64,000 bases of DNA from a bacterium (GCA_963648975.1 CAVJFW010000001.1:4199-68198), one strand, 5' to 3'; shown: positions 9,297 through 17,740, numbered from the stretch's first letter. Numbers and translations are program-made. The notes: generated from the letters alone by a model not told the origin.

Positions 9297-10694
9297 ATGA
9301 AAAAATTGAAATTATTGTTGATTTCCGGGCTTCTCTTCTCTCTTGCATCCTGTAAGACAACCGGAAATGTGACTGCGTCAGAAAACTTAAAATCTCATGT
9401 CGATTATTATCTTTCCGACAATGTGAGACTCAATCTTGACTATGCCAAGAAATCCTTCTGGACGGATGGCGTCGAGAAGGTGTCCCTGAAGACCTGTATC
9501 GATGGAGATACCGCTCACTTCACTACCTCCACGGGAGACACCCTCAAGGCAAGATTCTATGGCATCGATACCCCGGAATCCACCGGCTCCGTCGAGATGT
9601 GGGGAAAGGATGCAAGCGACTTCACCAAGGCAAAGCTGAAGGAAGCTGATGAGAAAGGAACCATCGTCATCTCCTCTCCTTCCACAGCATATGGTGCTCC
9701 GACTCCGGATTCCACCGGTTCAAGATATGTCTCCCTGGTCTGGATCAACCTCACCAAGAAGGACGCTCCTCTCAGCGAACTATATCTGCTTAACCTCTGG
9801 ATTGTCCAGGAAGGTCTCAGCTATGTGAAGAATGTTGCTGACATGCCAGCCCTGTCGGATACATTCTATGCCGCGGAACAGCAGGCCAAGGATGAAAAAC
9901 TCTGTCTCTTCTCCGACAAGACTCCGGACAGCTGGAATGGCGGTGATTATGAGACGGTATCCCTTCTTGACATCAAGAAGGAAATCGAGAAGACGCTTGC
10001 TGATTCCACTCACGAGAACGCCTACAACAACAAACGAGTCAAAATCGTCGGAACGGTTGCCGGGTATGCAAACAATACCCTTTATATCCAGAACTTCTAT
10101 TCCAAGGAAGATGGCGGAAGATATGATTACGGAGAATATGCCGGAATCAATGCCTATACGGGTATGTCCACGATATCCAGCAAATACTCCAAGACGAATA
10201 CCTACATTCAGGTTTGTGGACTATGCCAGGATTCCGAGAACTTCGGCTTCCAGCTCACGGATACACAGTTCAAGCCTTATCCTTCGGATGATGACGAGAA
10301 GAACGCAAGAGTCCTTATCTCAGCCGCTGACAATGTCGATGAGTTCAAGCTTCACACCTTTGAAAAGAAGGCTGCGGAACTTTCCGCTGAAGTCCTCAAC
10401 TGTTCCGTCAAGGTTACGGATGAAGTCACAATCACCGGCGGATATAAGAGTGAGGATGGTGAATATACGCTATATGCTGAAGACTCATCAGGGAAGAAGT
10501 TGGATTGGGATATCTTCATTCCATTCAACTATCATCCGGTCGGAAACGAGACCCTCAACATCGACGATTACGAATACTTTGTCGGTAGGACCTACAAAGT
10601 CGAAGGTGTGTATACCTTCCACAAGTTCTCTTCTGGAAGAATCGGTTATCAGATCGTATTGAACAACAATGCGGGATTGACGGAGGTAATATGA
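9297..10694 (+). CDS. Surface lipoprotein nuclease with an SNase (thermonuclease) domain plus an OB-fold domain and a C-terminal domain of unknown function
   Basis: Lipobox FSLASCKT. SNase active-site-type motif CIDGDTAHF...KARFYGIDTPES. A downstream segment (KRVKIVGTVAGYANNTLYIQNF) resembles the OB-fold nucleic-acid-binding module found in YhcR-type extracellular nucleases. Confidence 0.7.
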   Translation: MKKLKLLLISGLLFSLASCKTTGNVTASENLKSHVDYYLSDNVRLNLDYAKKSFWTDGVEKVSLKTCIDGDTAHFTTSTGDTLKARFYGIDTPESTGSVEMWGKDASDFTKAKLKEADEKGTIVISSPSTAYGAPTPDSTGSRYVSLVWINLTKKDAPLSELYLLNLWIVQEGLSYVKNVADMPALSDTFYAAEQQAKDEKLCLFSDKTPDSWNGGDYETVSLLDIKKEIEKTLADSTHENAYNNKRVKIVGTVAGYANNTLYIQNFYSKEDGGRYDYGEYAGINAYTGMSTISSKYSKTNTYIQVCGLCQDSENFGFQLTDTQFKPYPSDDDEKNARVLISAADNVDEFKLHTFEKKAAELSAEVLNCSVKVTDEVTITGGYKSEDGEYTLYAEDSSGKKLDWDIFIPFNYHPVGNETLNIDDYEYFVGRTYKVEGVYTFHKFSSGRIGYQIVLNNNAGLTEVI

Positions 10695-11170
10695 TGTATT
10701 GCTGTCATTGTGGAAAAGAAGTCGACGAGAATAAGATCGAAGACAAGCGCATGTCAGAAACCATGCATGAAGAGAAGATAGACGAAAATACCACAATCGA
10801 ATATGTCTGCCCGAGATGTGGTCATCTCATCCATCATGATGTCACCAAACAGGAAATCAAGACGTTGGCAGCTGCAAGCCATGCCGAAATCCAAAAGGGA
10901 AGAAACGCCTTCTCCAATGGTATGTCACTCAACTGTGTCGGTGTCATCATTCTGATTTTGGCCATCATCTTCTTCCAGTTATCAAAGAAACCGGCACAGA
11001 ACTTCGCCCTTGTGACGACATGCCCGGAATTCATGGTTTCCATGTTCGCGTTTGCCGTCGGAGGTGTACTTCTCATACTCGGACTTGTCTTCACCTTCAT
11101 CGGTGTCATCAACAAGCATAAATATCAGAAGCTTCTGGAAGACATCCAGGACGATGTCTTCCATCAGTAG
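10691..11170 (+). CDS. Small membrane protein with an N-terminal zinc ribbon (CxxC...CxxC) and two TM helices
   Basis: CHCGKEV...CPRCGH, followed by hydrophobic helices VGVIILILAIIFF and FAFAVGGVLLILGLVFTFIGVI. Start overlaps the nuclease stop by 4 nt. Confidence 0.45.
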   Translation: MMYCCHCGKEVDENKIEDKRMSETMHEEKIDENTTIEYVCPRCGHLIHHDVTKQEIKTLAAASHAEIQKGRNAFSNGMSLNCVGVIILILAIIFFQLSKKPAQNFALVTTCPEFMVSMFAFAVGGVLLILGLVFTFIGVINKHKYQKLLEDIQDDVFHQ

Positions 11171-11213
11171 TCGATGGTTCATGAAATAACGAAAATCAAA
11201 GGAGGTTTAGTTC

Positions 11214-14006
11214 ATGAAAAAGAAAGTGATTCTCAGTGTTGTTTCTTTGTTCTCCCTCTTGGGCATTGCTGGCTGCAACCAAACGGCCACATCCTCTGCT
11301 TCCGATAGTGTATCATCCTCTACTCCGGTTTCCTCTTCTGCAGTTACATTAAGCAAGCTTGCCATCTCCAACAAATCTGATCTTACCAGCTTCTTCTATA
11401 CTTCGGATTCCAACCGTTCCCTTTCCATCGATGTTGATGCCGACAAGAACGTTTCCCAGCTCATTGCCGATGGCGTCATCAAGATCACATCCAGCAATAC
11501 CAGTGCTGTCAATGTCCTGGGTGTCTATGTTGTTCCAGTCGGCGTAGGTGCTTCCACAATCACCGTCACTGGTGGTGGACTTTCCGATACTGTCGACGTC
11601 TATGTCGGAAACCCGACCACCATCGTTCCTGAGGATACGGAAGTCGGTGTTGGCAATACTCTTGCCGTCAGTATTTCTTCCGAGAAGAATTCCAAGACTT
11701 TGACTGATTACAACTGGTCTTCCAGCAACACTGCTATTGCCACCGTTGATGCCAATGGTGTCATCACCGGTGTTGCCAACGGCTCGGTGACCATCACCTG
11801 CAAGCTCAAGAGCAATGAAAAGGAAGGCGCCAGTGTCACTCTGACCGTTAGCGACGATGCTAAGGCTCCTGTTGCCATCAATACCCTTAAGGCAGCTGGA
11901 AACTATACCGTCCGTGGCAAGGTCGTTGCCATCAATACCAATTCCTATATCCTTGATGACGGAACCGGAACCATCATGGTCTATAAGACCTGCAAATTCA
12001 GCATCGGTGACATTGTCAAGGTCAGTGGTGCCGTTGTTGTCTATGGCGCACAGAAACAGCCGGAATTCTCTGGCTCATTCACCGAAACAAAGGTCGGTGG
12101 CTCCGTTACAGCCATGTCTGCCGTCGATCTGACTGTCGATATTCTCAAGGCCGCCAAGAATTCCACTGCCGACACATATTACACTTATGCAAAGCTCTAT
12201 AAGTGGAACGCTACGGCTGTCGTCAACTCTTCCGGTTATTTGGTTTTGAATCTTGCTGATGGCGGCGATGTTGAACCAATCAAACTCAACACAACGACCT
12301 TCCCATACACTGCAGGTCATTATTATTCCGTTGAAGGTTATTGGTGTGGCTGGAACTCTTCCTATAACTATCACGCTTTCGTCATTTCCAAGCTTGAGGA
12401 AGTTGATCCTCCGACTACCATCGTTGAGATTTCCGATTCTGCACTTCAGGTCGACGCCAAGAACACCAGAAAGCTTTCTGCAACCTATGTTCTTTCCAAG
12501 GCTGATGCAGCCGTAAATGCCGTCACTTGGTCTTCCAGCGACACTGCCGTTGCCACCGTTGATCAGAATGGTGTCGTCACCGGTGTTGCCAAAGGTACCT
12601 GTGAAATCATCGCCACTGTCGGTGGCGGAAGCGCAAAATGCAAATTGACCGTCATTGACGAAGTCTCTTTGTCTGCCATCAATACCGTCACGGAGGGTAA
12701 TAAGCTTTACAGAGTCAAGGGTGTCATCACCGAAATCGGAGCCAATGGTTACCTCATCAATGACGGAACTGGTTCCATCTATGTCTATATGCTCAACAGC
12801 TCTGCCTTGGCATATAAGAAGGGTGACTATATCGAAGTTACTTCCAAGACCGCTCTCTTCAAGGGGTCATTGATGTTTGAGAATGTCACCAAGAATGACA
12901 AGAATAAGAGTCAGTATGGTGTCCTTGATGCCGAAGTCTATAAACTTGATGATACTGCCCCGGAGACCGGTGATACCACCAAGGCCACAGCCATGACAAA
13001 GGATATTTTCAATAGTCTTGTCAAGACGACTGAGGCCTCTTCCGTCGCCGCCATCAAGAAGTATTCCTTCACGGCAACCGTCAATGGAGACTATCTTAAT
13101 CTTGAACTTGATGGTTGGGAAGGAAGTAGTGCCGCAACTGTCAAATTCAGTGATTTCACTTCTTCTTCCATGAAGGCCACTTTGAAAGATACCTATAAGT
13201 TCAAGGTTGAAGGCTATTTCATGGGCGCTGATGACAGGAATAAGGAGTTCCTCATCTCCAAGGCAACCAGTGTTGCCCAGACAAGAATCGATCCGACTGA
13301 ATCCAGTGTCATCGTTGTCAAGGGTGGTGATGCCAAGGCTGTCACCTATACATGGTCTTTGGCTGATGATGTTGCAACTGGAAGCGTCGATGTTTCCATT
13401 GACGATACCTCCATTGCCACCATTGCACATGATGCTGGCAAGAAGGAAATCGCCATTACTCCAGTTGCTGCCGGTAAGACAACTATCAATCTTGCCATCA
13501 AGGGAGCTGATGGAAATTCCATTGCCACCAATAAGATTGCCGTCACCGTCGTCTCTTCCAAGGTTGAAATCAAGGCTTCCACGCTTGGCCTTTCCAAGAG
13601 TGCCAAGGATAGCGCAACCGAGGCTACCAAGGATGCAGGTGGCGTTACCTATGCATACACTGCCCTGGGAACGGATTCCAGCAACAACATGATCTTCAGC
13701 TCCGTTAAAAAGAATTCGAATTCCAGTACTGCTTCTGTCCTCAGAAATACGACTGAAATGTCCTCTGGCATCATCGGTTTCGGCATCACCCTCAAGAGCA
13801 ACAGCTATTCCAATAGCGATATCCTTGAATTTAGCTTCGGTGATGATGTCAACTGTGATAAGGGTTCTGTAAAACTCTCTACCACAGCCAATGTCGTTGA
13901 TTACACCATCTATGCTCCAGCATCGACCTATAAATTCTTCAAAATCTCCTATATTGCCTCTGACTACAACCTTTACGTCAAATCACTTTCCGTTCTTCTC
14001 GCCTAA
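11214..14006 (+). CDS. Large surface lipoprotein built from Big_2 (bacterial Ig-like group 2) domains alternating with OB-fold-like modules
   Basis: Lipobox LLGIAGCNQT. At least three Big_2-type signatures (NWSSSNTAIATVDANGVITGVANGSVTITCKL; VTWSSSDTAVATVDQNGVVTGVAKGTCEIIA; SIDDTSIATIAHDAGKKEIAITPVAAGKTTINL). Two OB-like repeats (VRGKVVAINTNSYILDDGTGTIMVY and YRVKGVITEIGANGYLINDGTGSIYVY). Strong RBS AAAGGAGG upstream. Confidence 0.7.
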   Translation: MKKKVILSVVSLFSLLGIAGCNQTATSSASDSVSSSTPVSSSAVTLSKLAISNKSDLTSFFYTSDSNRSLSIDVDADKNVSQLIADGVIKITSSNTSAVNVLGVYVVPVGVGASTITVTGGGLSDTVDVYVGNPTTIVPEDTEVGVGNTLAVSISSEKNSKTLTDYNWSSSNTAIATVDANGVITGVANGSVTITCKLKSNEKEGASVTLTVSDDAKAPVAINTLKAAGNYTVRGKVVAINTNSYILDDGTGTIMVYKTCKFSIGDIVKVSGAVVVYGAQKQPEFSGSFTETKVGGSVTAMSAVDLTVDILKAAKNSTADTYYTYAKLYKWNATAVVNSSGYLVLNLADGGDVEPIKLNTTTFPYTAGHYYSVEGYWCGWNSSYNYHAFVISKLEEVDPPTTIVEISDSALQVDAKNTRKLSATYVLSKADAAVNAVTWSSSDTAVATVDQNGVVTGVAKGTCEIIATVGGGSAKCKLTVIDEVSLSAINTVTEGNKLYRVKGVITEIGANGYLINDGTGSIYVYMLNSSALAYKKGDYIEVTSKTALFKGSLMFENVTKNDKNKSQYGVLDAEVYKLDDTAPETGDTTKATAMTKDIFNSLVKTTEASSVAAIKKYSFTATVNGDYLNLELDGWEGSSAATVKFSDFTSSSMKATLKDTYKFKVEGYFMGADDRNKEFLISKATSVAQTRIDPTESSVIVVKGGDAKAVTYTWSLADDVATGSVDVSIDDTSIATIAHDAGKKEIAITPVAAGKTTINLAIKGADGNSIATNKIAVTVVSSKVEIKASTLGLSKSAKDSATEATKDAGGVTYAYTALGTDSSNNMIFSSVKKNSNSSTASVLRNTTEMSSGIIGFGITLKSNSYSNSDILEFSFGDDVNCDKGSVKLSTTANVVDYTIYAPASTYKFFKISYIASDYNLYVKSLSVLLA

Positions 14007-14017
14007 TTGATTTCATA

Positions 14018-14050
14018 GGCCCACCACATGGTGGGCCTTTATATTTTTTC
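14018..14050 (+). terminator. Rho-independent terminator closing the nine-gene locus
   Basis: GC-rich hairpin GGCCCACC-ACAT-GGTGGGCC followed by a T-rich tract (TTTATATTTTTT), 12 nt after the stop codon. Confidence 0.75.
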
Positions 14051-14101
14051 TTGACTATTTGACAATAAACTCTCATAATAAATAAGCTTTTCAGCGTTTT
14101 T

Positions 14102-14192
14102 GGAGTAGTACTCAAGTTGGTGAAGAGGAGTCCCTGCTAAGGACTTAGTGCGAGAAATCGCAGCGGGAGTTCAAGTCTCCCCTACTCCGCCA
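14102..14192 (+). tRNA. tRNA-Ser (anticodon GCU), with long variable arm and encoded CCA
   Basis: 7-bp acceptor stem GGAGTAG/CTACTCC. Anticodon stem AGTCC/GGACT with loop CTGCTAA. Long variable arm GTGCGAGAAATCGCAGC. T-arm GGGAG-TTCAAGT-CTCCC. Discriminator G then CCA. Confidence 0.88.
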
Positions 14193-14202
14193 TGAAAAAA
14201 AT

Positions 14203-14227
14203 GAGTCCCGCAAGGGACTCTTTTTTT
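14203..14227 (+). terminator. Rho-independent terminator after the tRNA-Ser
   Basis: GAGTCCC-GCAA-GGGACTC hairpin followed by TTTTTTT. Confidence 0.7.
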
Positions 14228-14298
14228 GTCTTGTAGTTTCTTTGTATTCATGTATATCGGCTTTTTTACAAAGTTTTTTCATAAAAACCGTAAAAAAG

Positions 14299-14315
14299 CT
14301 GTATAATATATACAG
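14299..14315 (+). promoter_or_regulatory. -10 region (TATAAT) embedded in a 7-3-7 palindrome CTGTATA-ATA-TATACAG; candidate promoter/operator of the CarD-like gene
   Basis: TATAAT sits inside the inverted repeat, about 85 nt upstream of the ATG at 14401. Confidence 0.35.
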
Positions 14316-14400
14316 TTGTATAAATAGAGATGGTTACCTATCTATAACGTAAATTAATGAATGACCAAGGTCAATCTCGGTTTTATGGAAAGGAGAAATC

Positions 14401-14913
14401 ATGTTTGGAATCAATGACAAGGTGATGGACAAAAACGGAAAGATTTTTTCCATTGTTTCCATTGAGAAAAAAGACTTTGGCACAGGCGATGAGGATTATT
14501 TTGTCATGGAACCATCCTTCAGATATGACTTCAACCCAGGATACATGGCTTTCATCCCGGTTGCCAAATCGGAATTGCTTCTTAAACCGATCATGACAAA
14601 GGAAGAGGCACTAGCCCTTGTCGACCTTCTTCCCGCGCTTGAACCCCTGCCTGAGGTGTCTCCCAGGGAAAGAAGAGTCTTCTTTGCCAAAATCATCGCT
14701 TCCGGTGACAGGAAGGAAATCATGAAGGTCATCAAGTCGCTTGTCACATACCGTGAGGAAAGAAGAAAGACGAACAAACCTTTCTCTGATTATGACAGAA
14801 GACTTCTCGACAGTCTGAAGGTGATGGTCGACAATGAATTTTCCATCGCTTTGGGTGTCTCTCCGGAATCTGTCGGTTCATTCATTTATGAAAGGACCGG
14901 TTATAGTCTTTAG
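14401..14913 (+). CDS. CarD/CdnL-family RNA-polymerase-binding transcription factor
   Basis: N-terminal CarD_CdnL_TRCF-like block (FGINDKVMDKNGKIFSIVSIEKKDFGTGDEDYFVMEPSF) and a C-terminal helical region. RBS AAAGGAGAAATC upstream. Confidence 0.55.
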   Translation: MFGINDKVMDKNGKIFSIVSIEKKDFGTGDEDYFVMEPSFRYDFNPGYMAFIPVAKSELLLKPIMTKEEALALVDLLPALEPLPEVSPRERRVFFAKIIASGDRKEIMKVIKSLVTYREERRKTNKPFSDYDRRLLDSLKVMVDNEFSIALGVSPESVGSFIYERTGYSL

Positions 14914-14933
14914 TCAAAAAACAACCCTTCTGT

Positions 14934-15206
14934 TCATTTTTGAACGGAGGGGCTGTTTTCATTCATGTCTTTTTCCTTGTCTTCATGTTTTGATTCTTTT
15001 GGTTTCTTCGGTTCATGGAAGACAAGCTCGTCAAGTGAGATTCTGAAATAGTCCGCATAGCGGATGAGTATGGGAAGACTCGGTTCGATTCTTCCTGTCT
15101 CATAGTCGGAGATGGTGTATTGCCTGAGATGTAGTTTTTTGGCCAACTCCTTCTGGGTTAGTCCATGATTCTTTCTATGGGTCTTGAGTGCGGTTTTCAG
15201 TAACAT
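14934..15206 (-). CDS. XRE-family helix-turn-helix transcriptional regulator (about 90 aa)
   Basis: HTH signature GLTQKELAKKLHLRQYTISDYETG with a lysine-rich acidic C-terminal tail. The start was chosen at the internal Met (MLLKTALKTHRK). The listed ORF's upstream extension lacks any protein-like features. Confidence 0.55.
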   Translation of the reverse strand: MLLKTALKTHRKNHGLTQKELAKKLHLRQYTISDYETGRIEPSLPILIRYADYFRISLDELVFHEPKKPKESKHEDKEKDMNENSPSVQK

Positions 15207-15320
15207 TTTTCTATCCTTGAGGGTATTATATCCGATTCTGATTTCATGGATTCCTTTTGTCTTTCTTTTTGTTTCTTTGCAATTGCATTTTCGTGATTTT
15301 GTCTTTATTCTATAGACATT

Positions 15321-16169
15321 ATGAATCAAATACATGAAATAAACTGGTATCCCGGACATATGCAGAAGGCAATCCGCAGGATACAGGAAAAACTGAAACA
15401 ATGTGATGGCGTCATCGAGATATGTGATGCCAGGGCTCCGTTTTCTTCCTATCCGGATTATCTTGACAAGATCACTCAGGGAAAGGCGAAGGTCATCGTC
15501 TTTTCCAAGATTGACTTAGCCGATCCTGTGGTCTTTGCCAAGCATAAGGCTGCGTTGAAGGAAAAGGGTGTGGAACCTTTTGCCTTCGATCTCAGGGACA
15601 GGAAATCCGGAAAGGAACTGCTCAGATATCTTTCCCAGGTCAGGACGAGCCAGGACAGAAGATTCGAGAAACTCAACCTCCCCTTGCCGACAAAGAGGTT
15701 CATGGTTCTGGGCATTCCGAACGTCGGAAAGTCCACCTTCATCAATTCTCTCTCCCAGAAGAAGAAGGCAGCGGTCGAAAACAAGCCCGGAAAGACCCGT
15801 GCAGAGACTTTGATTCACGTCACCGATAAAATATTCATCTTCGACACTCCCGGCGTTCTGGAGCCGAATTACGAGGATAAGAACGTCATTGCCAAGCTTG
15901 CCCTGTTGGGTAGCGTCAAGCAGGATATCCTCCCGATCGTCGCACTCAGCGACTATCTCCTTTCCTTCATCCATGAACATTATCCGGATGCCTTGGACAA
16001 TCGATATGGGAAGCTTGACTTCTCCGTGGATGAGGAGCATGTGTTTGCCCAGATTGCCATAAACAGGCAGTTTGCCATAAATGGAAGAGAGGATACCGAC
16101 AGGGCGAGAATCACCCTGATGAGCGAATTCCGTTCCGGTGTATTGGGGAGGATGTCCCTCGATGAGTGA
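15321..16169 (+). CDS. rbgA: Ribosome biogenesis GTPase A (YlqF/RbgA)
   Basis: Circularly permuted GTPase motifs (DARAPFSS; GIPNVGKST; DTPG), N-terminal WYPGHM. Synteny with rnhB as in Bacillus. Confidence 0.85.
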   Translation: MNQIHEINWYPGHMQKAIRRIQEKLKQCDGVIEICDARAPFSSYPDYLDKITQGKAKVIVFSKIDLADPVVFAKHKAALKEKGVEPFAFDLRDRKSGKELLRYLSQVRTSQDRRFEKLNLPLPTKRFMVLGIPNVGKSTFINSLSQKKKAAVENKPGKTRAETLIHVTDKIFIFDTPGVLEPNYEDKNVIAKLALLGSVKQDILPIVALSDYLLSFIHEHYPDALDNRYGKLDFSVDEEHVFAQIAINRQFAINGREDTDRARITLMSEFRSGVLGRMSLDE

Positions 16170-16815
16170 GAAGATGAGCCTCAAGGCCTTTGATGACGAG
16201 CAGAGAAGACTTCATCAGGTAAGCTATATCGCCGGCTTTGATGAGGCTGGACGTGGTCCGCTCGCGGGTCCTGTGAGCTGTGCCGGGTGCGTGCTTCCTC
16301 CGGATTATGACAATCCTCTCATCAATGATTCAAAGAAGCTGAGTGATAAACAAAGAAGGGAACTCTTTGAGGAAATCAAAAAAGTCAGTCTTGCCTACAA
16401 GGTGATTCTCGTCGATGTGAAGACCATCGATGAGATCAACATCCTTGAGGCTGACAGGAAAGGCATGGAAGAATGCCTTCTTGACATTGCCAGAAGACAA
16501 CAGGTCGACTATATCATCACCGACTACATGAAGCTTCATACCGATGTCGAGCTTCTCTCCATCGCCAAGGGTGATGCGACATCCCTGTCCGTCGCTGCCG
16601 CATCCATATTGGCCAAGGTCACCAGGGACGACTACATGATTGCCCTGGATGAAAAATATCCGGCCTATCAGTTCAAAAAGAACAAGGGCTATGGGACCAA
16701 GGCACATCTTGATGCCCTGGAGAAATATGGATACATCGAAGGCATCCACCGGCTGAGCTTCGAACCGGTCAAAAGCATGCATCTTGGAATAGAACAATTG
16801 AAATTATTTTCCTGA
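16162..16815 (+). CDS. rnhB: Ribonuclease HII
   Basis: GFDEAGRGPLAGPV active-site motif. Start placed at MSEKMS, overlapping the rbgA stop. The longer ORF beginning at 16138 is also possible. Confidence 0.8.
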   Translation: MSEKMSLKAFDDEQRRLHQVSYIAGFDEAGRGPLAGPVSCAGCVLPPDYDNPLINDSKKLSDKQRRELFEEIKKVSLAYKVILVDVKTIDEINILEADRKGMEECLLDIARRQQVDYIITDYMKLHTDVELLSIAKGDATSLSVAAASILAKVTRDDYMIALDEKYPAYQFKKNKGYGTKAHLDALEKYGYIEGIHRLSFEPVKSMHLGIEQLKLFS

Positions 16816-16868
16816 AGTTCGTAAATTTGCCTCCAATCCGCACATATTAGGATAGGAGGCTTTTTTAT

Positions 16869-17669
16869 ATGAGCTATACGGCACGTCAGGTCTTGTTGTC
16901 TTTGTGTATGCATTTTGAGGGTGACTATTCAAAAATGCTCGACGAACTCTCCACCAGGAGACATTCCCTTTCAAATGAGGAGATGGATGGGATTCTGTCC
17001 CAGAAGATGGAATCCAGCTATTGCTGCATCACCGATTCGGATTATCCGGCATGCTTCAAGGAGGTCGTGAAACCACCTCTTGTTTTCTTCTACTATGGGG
17101 ATATATCCCTTCTTTCGAAGAAATACCGTCTCACATGCGTGGGAACGAGGAAACCGACAATCTATCAGAATGAGACCTGCTACAGGTTCATCTCCGAGAT
17201 GGAAGAGAAGATGAAGGATGAGGTCGTCATCGTCTCCGGCATGGCCAAGGGACTTGACCAGACCTGCATGAAGGCAGCGATGACCAGAGGCGCACCTCTT
17301 GTCAGCATCATCGGATCGGGAATCGATGACCCGTATCCGGAGGACAATGGTGGAATCTATGAGTACTGCAAGTCCGGTAAGGGACTTGTCATTTCGGAAT
17401 ATCCTCTGAAGATGAAGGCAAAGCCGGAGAACTTCCTTTTCCGCAACCGCCTTCTTGCCGCAGCCGGGAAGGCTCTTTTTGTCGGTGGTGCGAAGAAGAG
17501 ATCCGGTACTTCCTCGACTGTCAGCTATGCCCTCGAGGATGGGAAAAATGTCATGGCACTACCATGCAATGTGTCAGGTGATGACCTGACAAATCTGATC
17601 ATCAAGGATGGCGCATATCCTGTTCTCGACAGCGATGATCTTGTCAATGAGATCAAAGAAACCAAATAG
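16869..17669 (+). CDS. dprA: DNA processing protein DprA (Smf)
   Basis: Rossmann-fold DprA motifs (VSGMAKGLDQ...; GSGIDDPYP; SEYP...P.NF.RNR). Lies immediately upstream of topA as in Bacillus smf-topA. Confidence 0.75.
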   Translation: MSYTARQVLLSLCMHFEGDYSKMLDELSTRRHSLSNEEMDGILSQKMESSYCCITDSDYPACFKEVVKPPLVFFYYGDISLLSKKYRLTCVGTRKPTIYQNETCYRFISEMEEKMKDEVVIVSGMAKGLDQTCMKAAMTRGAPLVSIIGSGIDDPYPEDNGGIYEYCKSGKGLVISEYPLKMKAKPENFLFRNRLLAAAGKALFVGGAKKRSGTSSTVSYALEDGKNVMALPCNVSGDDLTNLIIKDGAYPVLDSDDLVNEIKETK

Positions 17670-17711
17670 AAAAATTCTTCTTAACTATATAGTTAAGAGG
17701 TTATAAACCGC

Positions 17712-17740
17712 TTGACAAGGCTTACTAACCTAATAATAAT
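17712..17740 (+). promoter_or_regulatory. Candidate sigma-A promoter of topA (TTGACA, ~17-nt spacer, TAATAAT). A perfect palindrome TCTTAACTATATAGTTAAGA lies just upstream.
   Basis: Consensus -35 TTGACA at 17712-17717. AT-rich -10 about 17 nt downstream. Located about 30 nt before the topA ATG. Confidence 0.45.

Noticed and set aside
15516-16184. 222-aa minus-strand ORF antisense to rbgA, plus several 60-170-aa ORFs in alternative frames of the ABC, dnaK, mutS and fhs genes
   Set aside because: All are contained in strongly supported genes on the opposite strand or in another frame. None has protein-like features.
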